Shown: positions 56,806-64,000 of the stretch, in pieces
Numbering within the stretch: the stretch's first letter is position 1
How the letters are laid out: each line of letters begins with the position of its first letter
Assembly (NCBI GenBank): GCA_035468285.1
Contig: DATISY010000071.1
Span: 39,697 to 103,696 of the forward strand
Direction of reading: 5' to 3'
DNA from: Acidimicrobiia bacterium
GTDB taxonomy: Bacteria > Actinomycetota > Acidimicrobiia > IMCC26256 > PALSA-555
DNA: 64,000 nt
The notes under the pieces: model-generated
What the model was told of the DNA's origin: nothing
What the model saw: the letters and a program-made list of their open reading frames with translations, nothing else
Database searches by the model: none
Translations under genes and position numbers: made by a program

Positions 56806-58400
56806 ATCGCCTCGATCCCGGTCCGGCCCCCCTCCATCACCACGAGGCAGGCGATCTCGGTCTGTTCGCCGCGGGCCACGACCTGCCACAGCGCCCGCCG
56901 GCGCCGACAGACCCGATCCCACCAGCGCACATCCTGGGGCCACGGGCCGGCCCAGGCGATCACCGGCGCGTCCCCGACCGGCTCGGCCACCAGGCGGGCC
57001 GGCGCGGCGGACGCCTCTCCCCGTCCCGACACGATGACCGGGATCCCTCGGGCGTCGAGCAGCGACGCGGTCAGGCGGGGCTCATAGACCCGGGTCGGCG
57101 CGGGGCCCGGAACCACTCCGGGCCAGCCTGGCCGCTCCGGGCCCGGGTCCGACGTCTGGGTCTCACCCCACGGCACCCACCGGATCCGTTCGCTGGGGAG
57201 ACGACCGCCACACGACACCGCGGTGACGACCGCGTCCGGTCCGAGCATCCCTTGGAGGCGCGCCAGGACCTGATCCGCCCGATCACCCGCAGCGGCGTCA
57301 CCACCCCAGAAGCCCAGCTGACGGCCAACCGCGGGGACGACCCGATCGGGGGCGAGCCGGACGAGGACGAGGCCCGCGGTCGCGTCGTCGTCGACGCCGT
57401 CGGTGTCGAGACGCCGGCCGGTGAGCCAGCCGTCGAGCTGCCAGCGCAGCCGCGTGACGAGCGCCGCGGACGTGAGCCGGCCGTCGTGGCGCCAGCAGCG
57501 CGACAAGCGTTCGCCGTGCTCCGTCTCGGCTTCCACCACGACCTGGGTGCACGCCAACCCCAGCGTGGCGAGCCGTTCGAGGAGCCGGTCGGCGAGCCCT
57601 TTCGCCGCGAACGCCGCTTCGTCGACCCGGGTCGCGGGAGGGTCGAGCTCGCAGGTCTCGACCAGCTCGGGGGGTGGAGGCAGCGGCGGCGCGGTGTGCT
57701 CGTCGAGGCCGCGGGCGAGCCGATGGGCGCGGGCCCCGGACCGTCCGAACCGGGTGAGGACCGACGGGGCCGGCAAGGCTGCGAAGTCGCCGAGGTGGGC
57801 CAGTCCGAGCCGTTGCAGCAGAGGCGTGAGCTCGTCGTCGTCGAGCGCCGTCACCGGCCACGCCGCGAGGAACGCGGGCGTGTCACCCGACGCGACGACG
57901 CGGACACCTCCCGCGGGGGCGCGGCGAGCAGCCAGTCGGGCCGCGAAGGGCCCGTCAGCGACCCCGACACGGGCGTCGCCAATCCCGATCTCGGCCACCG
58001 CGGCTAAGACCCGACTGGCGAGGCCGTCGTCCCCGCCGAAGTAGCGAGACGGGCCCCGGGTGGGGAACGTCAGCAACCCTGGGCGCTCGAGGACCACCCC
58101 GGGGGTGATCAGCTCCGTCGTGCGAGCCACGGCTTCGAACGCGCGCGCTTCGTCGGCGAGATCGGCGTCGACCACGACGAGGCCAGGACAGCGAGCCTCG
58201 GCCTCGCGGCGCCGCAGCCCTCGCGTCACCCTCTCGACCCGCGCGTCTCGAGACGCGGCCCGCACCACCAACCCGTGGCTCCCAGGCTCGACGACGGCGA
58301 CGGGGCTGGTGCCCACCGCCGGGTGCGCGCGCCGGGCCACGACCACCGGCCAGTCGGGGCACCAGAGACACAACGTCCGTTCAGCTGGCGAGAACACCAC
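56796..58400 (-). CDS. imuB: ImuB, Y-family-polymerase-like mutasome subunit
   Basis: TLCLWCPDWPVVVA...GLRRREAEARCPGLVVVDAD is the typical ImuB N-terminus. GTG 58400 overlaps the end of imuA'; GTG 58397 and 58424 are alternatives. Confidence 0.85.
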   Translation of the reverse strand: MVFSPAERTLCLWCPDWPVVVARRAHPAVGTSPVAVVEPGSHGLVVRAASRDARVERVTRGLRRREAEARCPGLVVVDADLADEARAFEAVARTTELITPGVVLERPGLLTFPTRGPSRYFGGDDGLASRVLAAVAEIGIGDARVGVADGPFAARLAARRAPAGGVRVVASGDTPAFLAAWPVTALDDDELTPLLQRLGLAHLGDFAALPAPSVLTRFGRSGARAHRLARGLDEHTAPPLPPPPELVETCELDPPATRVDEAAFAAKGLADRLLERLATLGLACTQVVVEAETEHGERLSRCWRHDGRLTSAALVTRLRWQLDGWLTGRRLDTDGVDDDATAGLVLVRLAPDRVVPAVGRQLGFWGGDAAAGDRADQVLARLQGMLGPDAVVTAVSCGGRLPSERIRWVPWGETQTSDPGPERPGWPGVVPGPAPTRVYEPRLTASLLDARGIPVIVSGRGEASAAPARLVAEPVGDAPVIAWAGPWPQDVRWWDRVCRRRRALWQVVARGEQTEIACLVVMEGGRTGIEAIYD

Positions 58401-59034
58401 GTTCTCGTGTCGTCCTCGCGTCACTGATCCGAACGACCGGCGGACGGGCGCGCAACAGTCCGGACCCGAGCTCGAGACCAGACCACGCGCGGGCGCCGAC
58501 GTGCAGACGGTGGGTGGCGGTCGCCGGCCACTGGACGGGTGGAAACAGCACGGGCACCAAGACCACACCGCGCTCGCGTGCGCGGGCCACCAGGCGCCGC
58601 GCCTCACCGGCGCGGACCTGGCGGGGCACGTCGGCTACCACCACGCTCATCCCGTCGAGCAGCACGGAGACCGTCGTCGCCCAGCGGTCGGGGGGAACCC
58701 GCCGGACCACGACGAAACGCTCGGCGACGCCCAGCTCGGCGAGCGCCTCGCCTCCCCACGTGCCGTGGAGATCGACCGCCCCGGCCCATTCCCCCACCGC
58801 GGTCGCCGCGGCGCACAGCGACACAGCCGCCGAGGTGACACCGGCGCCGACGCTGCCGTCGACCACCAGCACCGAGCCTCGCATCAGCCCCTCGGGGAGG
58901 ATCTCCCCGAGCGGCCCCGGGATGACCAGGGTCCGGTCCCGGGCCAGCACCGTCGGACGGACCCGGCCCGCGATCCCGGCCAGACGCGCGCGCGCCTCTC
59001 GATCCCGGGCCGGGAGGGCAGCTGGTTGCGTCAT
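58381..59034 (-). CDS. imuA: ImuA'-like (RecA-fold) mutasome accessory protein
   Basis: It lies directly upstream of and overlapping imuB, has a degenerate P-loop-like GSVLVVDGSVGAGVTSAAVSL, and has a LexA box just upstream. Start moved to ATG 59034 because the tracked N-terminus (59070) runs through the LexA box. Confidence 0.65.
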   Translation of the reverse strand: MTQPAALPARDREARARLAGIAGRVRPTVLARDRTLVIPGPLGEILPEGLMRGSVLVVDGSVGAGVTSAAVSLCAAATAVGEWAGAVDLHGTWGGEALAELGVAERFVVVRRVPPDRWATTVSVLLDGMSVVVADVPRQVRAGEARRLVARARERGVVLVPVLFPPVQWPATATHRLHVGARAWSGLELGSGLLRARPPVVRISDARTTRERGVLAS

Positions 59035-59048
59035 TCGCCCCGGTATAC

Positions 59049-59062
59049 CGAACATATGTTCG
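59049..59062. promoter_or_regulatory. LexA (SOS) box CGAACATATGTTCG upstream of imuA'-imuB
   Basis: A perfect 14-bp palindrome of the CGAAC-N4-GTTCG type, 15 nt upstream of ATG 59034, in the gap shared with the divergent MOSC gene. Confidence 0.75.
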
Positions 59063-59123
59063 TGGCGCAACCGGGAGCGAAAAGGTCTCGCCGAGGTGGG
59101 AAGCGACCGACCACGATGGGCGG

Positions 59124-59708
59124 GTGGAGCATCCGACGCCGCTCGAGCTGACCGAGGGGTTGGAGGAGGTCCTCCGGTCCCCCCACGACGAGGGACCCGT
59201 CATGCTCATCGTGCGTCGGCAGGGCGCCGCGGCGCGTGACGTGCTGCCCGCGGCAACGCTGGACGTGACGGACGGCCTCGTCGGCGACACGTGGCGGACC
59301 CGGGGAAGCCGACGGACCCCGGACGGGCTAGCCGATCCCAAGATGCAGCTGACCGTGATGAACGCCCGCGCCGCCGCGCTCATCGCCGTCGAGGACGAGC
59401 GCTGGAAGCTGGCGGGCGATCAGCTCTACGCCGACCTCGATCTCAGCGAAGCCAACCTGCCGCCCGGCACTCGGCTCGCGGTCGGGTCGGCGATGATCGA
59501 GGTCACCGACGCGCCGCACCTGGGTTGTGCGAAGTTCCAGGCGCGCTTCGGTGACGACGCGCTCCGGTTCGTCAACTCCGAAGTGGGGCGTACCCTGCGC
59601 CTGCGGGGGGTCAACACCCTCGTGGTGCAGGGCGGCCGCGTGGCGCTTGGTGACGAGATCCGCAAGGTGGGCTCACCCGCGAGCGGCTCCGTCATCCCGG
59701 GCCTCTGA
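59124..59708 (+). CDS. MOSC domain-containing protein
   Basis: ...QLTVMNARAAALIA...GDQLYADLDLSEANLPPGTRLAVGSAMIEVTDAPHLGCAKF is the MOSC beta-barrel with the conserved Cys region. Confidence 0.8.
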   Translation: MEHPTPLELTEGLEEVLRSPHDEGPVMLIVRRQGAAARDVLPAATLDVTDGLVGDTWRTRGSRRTPDGLADPKMQLTVMNARAAALIAVEDERWKLAGDQLYADLDLSEANLPPGTRLAVGSAMIEVTDAPHLGCAKFQARFGDDALRFVNSEVGRTLRLRGVNTLVVQGGRVALGDEIRKVGSPASGSVIPGL

Positions 59709-59718
59709 CGCCGCTCAC

Positions 59719-60486
59719 CTACCCAGATTGTGCGGCAGCGCGGGGGACGACGGGGGTCGCGCGGTTCGGTTTGCGGGCACGGAGGAAGCAGAAGATCGGG
59801 AGGCGGTCCCATCCGGTGAAGCGGGACTGGCCGGGTGGGCTGTCCCATGCTGGCTCGCGGATCGTCTCGATGAGGAGCCCGGCGGCTTCGAACGCCCGTG
59901 CGTACGCCTCGAGCGGACGATGCATCGAGTGGAACGTCATGGCGAGACCGTCACGTTCGAGATGGTCCGAGTACCGGAACGACGCGAGGTAGGAGCCCGT
60001 GATGACGAACGAGGCGTCGCTGGTCTCGCCGGTGAACGCGCCAGCCGAGTTGATGGGATGCACGATGGCGACCACGAGGTGACCGCCGGGACGGAGGACC
60101 CGGGCGGCCTCCCGGATGCTGGCGTCGAGATCGTCGACGTCCTGGAGCGACATGCATGCCACGGCCAGGTCGGCGACCCCGTCGGCGACGGGAAGGGCGG
60201 CGAGGTCCCCCAGCAACGCGGGGGTTGCCTGGTCATGGGTGACCGCGAGGCGGGTGAGGGTTTCCGAGCTGTCGATGTCGACGACGTGATGGCCGCGCGC
60301 GGTGAGTTCCCGGGCCAGGCGCCCTTCGCCGCCGCCGAGGTCAAGGGTGAGCGGGCCGGGTTCGGGGAGGACCTCGAACAGCCGCCAGCGGGTGAAGTGC
60401 CAGAAGGTGTCGTGATCGGGAGCGCGAGCCCACGCGGCCCACGCGAGCGCCTGGTCGTCCCAGAGCCGGCGGAGCGGCTCGGTCAC
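59719..60486 (-). CDS. Class I SAM-dependent methyltransferase
   Basis: Motif I LDLGGGEGRL, the acidic loop VVDIDSS, and motif post-II LRPGGHLVV. GTG 60486 overlaps the upstream gene's stop (GTGA). Confidence 0.85.
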   Translation of the reverse strand: MTEPLRRLWDDQALAWAAWARAPDHDTFWHFTRWRLFEVLPEPGPLTLDLGGGEGRLARELTARGHHVVDIDSSETLTRLAVTHDQATPALLGDLAALPVADGVADLAVACMSLQDVDDLDASIREAARVLRPGGHLVVAIVHPINSAGAFTGETSDASFVITGSYLASFRYSDHLERDGLAMTFHSMHRPLEAYARAFEAAGLLIETIREPAWDSPPGQSRFTGWDRLPIFCFLRARKPNRATPVVPRAAAQSG

Positions 60487-60851
60487 TCCGCGACAGGCTC
60501 GGGCGGCTTGATCGGCTCGACACCGATCGCGCGCAGCGCGTCGGGTGACCAGCCGGCCTCGTCGCCGTAGTAGCCGAAGAGGTGGCGGATCGCGTGCTCG
60601 ACCTTGGGTTCGAGGGTGTCCCAGCGGTCGGGGGGCGCTTCCACGGTGACCGCGCTCGAGTAGATCGTGACCCGCCAGGCACCGAGGTCGAAGAGCCGTC
60701 GGGCGAGCACGTCGGGGGGTCGGGAGCCGGCCGCGTCGCCGATGGATCCGTACCGTTCGATCGCCATGCCCGTGATCGACCGGTTGCACGAGAAGATCAT
60801 CATCGACGGTGCGGCACCGTGCCGCGCGGTCACGGTGATCTCCTGGCCCAT
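60483..60851 (-). CDS. Hypothetical protein, Nfu/NifU N-terminal-domain-like
   Basis: 122 aa. ...LARRLFDLGAWRVTIYSSAVTVEAPPDRWDTLEPKVEHAIRHLF resembles the Nfu_N pattern (LA..LF...GV..V....dfvTV.k....W). A memory-based call. Confidence 0.5.
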   Translation of the reverse strand: MGQEITVTARHGAAPSMMIFSCNRSITGMAIERYGSIGDAAGSRPPDVLARRLFDLGAWRVTIYSSAVTVEAPPDRWDTLEPKVEHAIRHLFGYYGDEAGWSPDALRAIGVEPIKPPEPVAE

Positions 60852-60869
60852 GGGTTCGAGCCTAGAGGG

Positions 60870-61442
60870 TCACTCGTGACGACCGAGGACTGCGAGGAGC
60901 TGTGACTGACGGTCGGCGCCGGCCGGGACGCTGACCTCGGTGCCGAACATGCCGCTGCCTTCGAGCATCTCGCGTTGCGGCGTGACCACTTCCCAGCACG
61001 CCTCGACGAGGTCGGCGGGCAGGTTGGTGTCTTGGCCGGTCGACTCGGCGAGATCCCATCCGTGGATCAAGACATCGAGGAACCGGTGCCCGCAGTAGAC
61101 CGATCCCGGGACCGGGCCGTACGAAACGGCCACCATGCGGTCCATGGCGTCCGGTGCGCGGAACGCGGCGGCCGCCTCCGCGGCGGAGGCGTCATAGGCG
61201 GCGAGGGGGTCGGCGCCGAGGAGGTCGCCGTCGAGTCGGTCCCCCACCTCCTCGATGCTCTGCCCTCCGACGAGCGGCGCGACCCAGAAGTTGCCGCTGA
61301 CGAGGTGGTTGGCCAACGCCCGAACATTCCAGTCCGCGCACGTCGACGGGAGGGACCACTGGTCCGGTCCGATCCCCGCGACGAACGCCCGGGTGGTCTC
61401 GAGGACCGCCCGCGCATGGGCTTCAGGCAAGTTGACGCTCAT
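60870..61442 (-). CDS. DinB-like / mycothiol-dependent maleylpyruvate isomerase N-terminal domain family (TIGR03086-like) protein
   Basis: ATG 61442 (MSVNLPEAHARAVLETTRAFVAGIGPDQWSLPSTCADWNVRALANHLV...) and ...DVLIHGWDLA... are typical of this actinobacterial family. Confidence 0.75.
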   Translation of the reverse strand: MSVNLPEAHARAVLETTRAFVAGIGPDQWSLPSTCADWNVRALANHLVSGNFWVAPLVGGQSIEEVGDRLDGDLLGADPLAAYDASAAEAAAAFRAPDAMDRMVAVSYGPVPGSVYCGHRFLDVLIHGWDLAESTGQDTNLPADLVEACWEVVTPQREMLEGSGMFGTEVSVPAGADRQSQLLAVLGRHE

Positions 61443-61486
61443 GGACTCCTCCGGAAACGAGGCGGGCGCGTCGGGTACCAACGACC

Positions 61487-62143
61487 CTACGCGAACAAGC
61501 GGCCGGGAGGCGGCGGGACGCCCCGCCAGCACAGCCCATCCATGAAGATCCACGACCGCCGGTGGATGGCGCTGGGGCCGTAGGCCCGGAGCGCGTGCTG
61601 ATGCATGGGGGCCGGATACCCGACATTGGACTCGAAGTCGTATGGCGGGTAGTGCTCCGCCTCCTCTCGCATGAGCGCGTCGCGGGTGACCTTCGCCACA
61701 CATGACGCGGCCGCGACCGCGAGGATCGACATGTCACCTTTCACGACCGTGATCACCCGGTCACCGAGGCCGAGGTAATCGAACTTGCCGTCGAGCAGGA
61801 TCCGGTCGGGCACGTAGCCCTGTGCGGACAGCTCGGTGAGCGCCCGATTGGCGGCGTAGCGCAGCGCGATGGTCATCCCGAGCGCGTCGCACTCCTCGTA
61901 GGAGGCGTGTCCGACGCCGATCGCGACGGCCCAGTCACGCACCGCGGCGGCGGCGCGTTCACGTTCCGGGCGCGCCAACATCTTCGAATCGCGGACACCG
62001 CGCAGATGATCGGGTGCGGGTACGACGGCCGCGACGGTCACCGGGCCGGCCCACGCGCCGCGCCCGACCTCGTCGATGCCGACGACGACCTCGTCCCCTG
62101 CCTGCCAGCAGCGGCGCTCGAGCCGCAGCGTCGGGTAAGTCAC
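61487..62143 (-). CDS. rnhB: Ribonuclease HII
   Basis: VGIDEVGRGAWAGPVTVAAVV and DSKML motifs; 218 aa. Confidence 0.9.
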   Translation of the reverse strand: MTYPTLRLERRCWQAGDEVVVGIDEVGRGAWAGPVTVAAVVPAPDHLRGVRDSKMLARPERERAAAAVRDWAVAIGVGHASYEECDALGMTIALRYAANRALTELSAQGYVPDRILLDGKFDYLGLGDRVITVVKGDMSILAVAAASCVAKVTRDALMREEAEHYPPYDFESNVGYPAPMHQHALRAYGPSAIHRRSWIFMDGLCWRGVPPPPGRLFA

Positions 62144-62221
62144 GGGACGAAAACTATCTGTTCACGCGGTCGTCACCGCGGCTCGGTTTCAATCCGGGCT
62201 CACGCTCGGTACGATCGTCGC

Positions 62222-62431
62222 ATGCAGCCCGGAACGCGTGTCGAGGTCCGGTCCCGGTTCGACCGGCGCTGGGCCCGGGGCTTCGAGGTCGACGCTGTCG
62301 TCGCCGAGCCCGACGTCCCCGATCCGGGCTACCGGATCCGCCGCCGCTCGGACGGGGCGGTGCTGCCGTCGCTGTTCGTCAGCGACGAGGTCCGGGAGGA
62401 GAAGCGCGGCCGGTCGATGTGGTGGATGTGA
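62222..62431 (+). CDS. Small basic hypothetical protein (69 aa)
   Basis: From ATG 62222: MQPGTRVEVRSRFDRRWARGFEVDAVV...GYRIRRRSDGAVLPSLFVSDEVREEKRGRSMWWM has an SH3/Tudor-like look. The upstream part of tracked ORF 61907.. is antisense to rnhB. Confidence 0.4.
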   Translation: MQPGTRVEVRSRFDRRWARGFEVDAVVAEPDVPDPGYRIRRRSDGAVLPSLFVSDEVREEKRGRSMWWM

Positions 62432-62481
62432 CCGGCTCGGCCGAACCCGGCGGTTCGGGCTGACCCCTGAGTCGAGGGCGG

Positions 62482-62772
62482 CTACTCGGAGCTGAGCCGC
62501 TCGATCAGGTCGTCGATCGGGACCGCTTGGAGGGTCATCGTCCGCATCGTGCCCCGGGCGGCCAGGTTGATCGCGGCCTTCGCCAGGGTGGCCTCGTCGG
62601 GCGCCTCGATGACGTTGAGGAAGTCCCACTGGCCCATGAGCGCGTACTGGGCGACGACCTTCAGGCCCATCGCCTCGAACTCGTGGGTGACCTCCCGGAT
62701 CCGCTCCGGGTTCTCCCGGACGGTCGCCCACCCGTCGGGTCCCAGGGTCGTCAGCATCATGTAGGTGCCCAC
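62482..62772 (-). CDS. GYD domain-containing protein
   Basis: VGTYMMLTTLGPDGW...VVAQYALMGQWDFLNVIEAPDEATLAKAAINLAARG fits the GYD-family pattern (here G-Q-W-D in place of G-x-Y-D). GTG 62772 or ATG 62760 start. Confidence 0.75.
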   Translation of the reverse strand: MGTYMMLTTLGPDGWATVRENPERIREVTHEFEAMGLKVVAQYALMGQWDFLNVIEAPDEATLAKAAINLAARGTMRTMTLQAVPIDDLIERLSSE

Positions 62773-62801
62773 CCGCGGAGCGTAGAACGTGGTGGACCCC
62801 G

Positions 62802-63224
62802 TCACGATTCGAGGCGCGCGATGTTGGATGCCTCGGTGGGATCCGGGTCGGTGCCGAACCAGGCGTCGAGCATCTCCCGGGCGAGCTCGGTGCTGGTCAG
62901 CCGCAGCCCCATCACGACGACGTTGGCGTCGTTCCAGCGGCGGGCACCGGCCGCGGTGGCGGCGTCGGTGCACAACGCGGCCCGGGCGCCCGGGACCTTG
63001 TTCGCGGCGATGGACGCGCCGGTGCCCGTCCAGCAGAACAGGACGCCGGTCTCACACGTTCCCGACGCGACCAGCTCCCCGACCTCGCGTCCGACCTGAG
63101 CCCACTGCTTGTCCTCCCCGCCGGGCGGACCGAGCAGGGTCACGTCGTGGCCGCGGTCTCGCAAGTCGTCGGCGACGGCGTCCGTGAGCGGGGTCTGCTC
63201 GTCCGAGCCGAGGGCGACACGCAT
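62802..63224 (-). CDS. rpiB: Ribose-5-phosphate isomerase B
   Basis: MRVALGSDE... and GVLFCWTGTGASIAANKVPGARAA are RpiB/LacAB motifs. ATG 63224. Confidence 0.9.
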   Translation of the reverse strand: MRVALGSDEQTPLTDAVADDLRDRGHDVTLLGPPGGEDKQWAQVGREVGELVASGTCETGVLFCWTGTGASIAANKVPGARAALCTDAATAAGARRWNDANVVVMGLRLTSTELAREMLDAWFGTDPDPTEASNIARLES

Positions 63225-63243
63225 CCGTGACACGGAGAGGAGG

Positions 63244-63894
63244 CTAGGGGACGAGCGCGGCGTGGACGTCAGCGAGGGTGGCGAACCGGTGGTGGGGCAC
63301 GTCGTACCAGTCGCACCAGTCCGCCAGCGCCCCTTTGGCGAACACGACGTCGGCGAGGAGCGCGGCCTTCCGGTCACTCGTGCCGTCACCGATGAGCACG
63401 GTCGTACGCCCGGCCCGGTGTGCGTCCTTGATGGGGGCCTGCTTGCACACCCCGCAGGTCGCGCAGGCGCAGCAGCGGTCCTCGTGCGGGAACTGGAGGA
63501 CGCCGGTCACCCAGTCGACCCGGTTCGTGAGGACAGGGACGCCGGCCGGGCCGCAGACGGCGTCGGCGTAGAAGCCGAAGCCGTCGGAGACGACGGTGAG
63601 CTCCGCGCTGGCGTCGCGCAAGGTGGCGACGAGAGGCACGAAGCCGGGATCGATCGGGACCTCGGCGGCCGTTGCCCGCAGCGTCGCCTCGTCGACGTCG
63701 AGGAGCTCCCACTGGCCCACGAGGCATTCGCGGCTGCCGATCACGCCTGCGTCGTACTCGTCGTGCAGCCCAAGCCAGGCGTCGGCGGCGTGGCGCGCCA
63801 ACAGGTGCTGGCCCACGTCGCGGAGCGTCACGGTGCCGTCGAAGTCGAGGAACACCGACGTGGTCCGGAGGTCCAGAGCCACGCGGGTCGGCAT
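63244..63894 (-). CDS. HAD-IB phosphatase, MtnX-like, with an internal Cys cluster
   Basis: Motif I is FLDFDGTVT and motif IV is LIGDGTSDR. The cluster CCACATCGVCK recalls the C..CGCCK element of MtnX-type phosphatases. ATG 63894. Confidence 0.8.
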   Translation of the reverse strand: MPTRVALDLRTTSVFLDFDGTVTLRDVGQHLLARHAADAWLGLHDEYDAGVIGSRECLVGQWELLDVDEATLRATAAEVPIDPGFVPLVATLRDASAELTVVSDGFGFYADAVCGPAGVPVLTNRVDWVTGVLQFPHEDRCCACATCGVCKQAPIKDAHRAGRTTVLIGDGTSDRKAALLADVVFAKGALADWCDWYDVPHHRFATLADVHAALVP

Positions 63895-64000
63895 CGATCG
63901 ATGGTACCGAGCGGCGCGCTGCAGCACGTCGAGCGTCCCGTCGGCGGTCCGGGTCCGGACCGTAGGCTGCGCGTCATGAGACTGGCCTCGCCGTCTTCCG

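Noticed and set aside
63976-64000. ATG at 63976 opening a plus-strand ORF (MRLASPSS...) at the window edge
   Set aside because: Only 8 codons are visible, so no call is possible.

Overview
This is a 64-kb, very GC-rich (about 70% by eye, not computed) and very gene-dense chromosomal segment. It looks like an Actinomycetota-type genome: it has the mycothiol amidase Mca, many LLM/F420-type flavoenzymes, an ImuA'-ImuB/DnaE2 mutasome, and CGAAC-N4-GTTCG LexA boxes.

I call about 64 protein genes. I found no rRNA, tRNA, CRISPR array, transposase, integrase or phage genes. Many long ORFs in the track are antisense 'shadow' ORFs typical of high-GC DNA, and I rejected them.

Gene content:
- Housekeeping genes: gltB, purK, xthA, etfBA, rnhB, rpiB.
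- A large set of CoA-thioester and lipid-type enzymes: three family-III CoA-transferases, two thiolases, three acyl-CoA dehydrogenases, SCP2, a sterol-desaturase-family protein and SDR/MDR dehydrogenases.
- Four LLM oxidoreductases plus DDN- and PPOX-type proteins.
- Transporters: ClC, a P-type ATPase, VIT and an ABC-2 pair.
- Regulators: MarR, TetR and an Rv1264-like adenylyl cyclase.

Items most worth a second look:
1. A completely cysteine-free HMG-CoA-synthase-like::DUF35 fusion, 43 bp upstream of and co-directional with an intact SCPx-type thiolase.
2. A TrmO/TsaA-family gene interrupted by one in-frame TGA just before its most conserved motif.
3. A secreted two-domain protein whose Cys-rich C-terminal half looks aegerolysin-like.
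4. An ACAD10/11-type kinase with an extra C-terminal module, translationally coupled to a tiny membrane ORF and xthA. An ACAD10/11-type dehydrogenase lies 7 kb away.
5. An SOS mutasome split by a 4-kb insert, with two palindromic LexA boxes.
6. A TetR gene whose first HTH helix can only be translated from a non-canonical start codon.

All family assignments come from reading motifs. No database search was possible.
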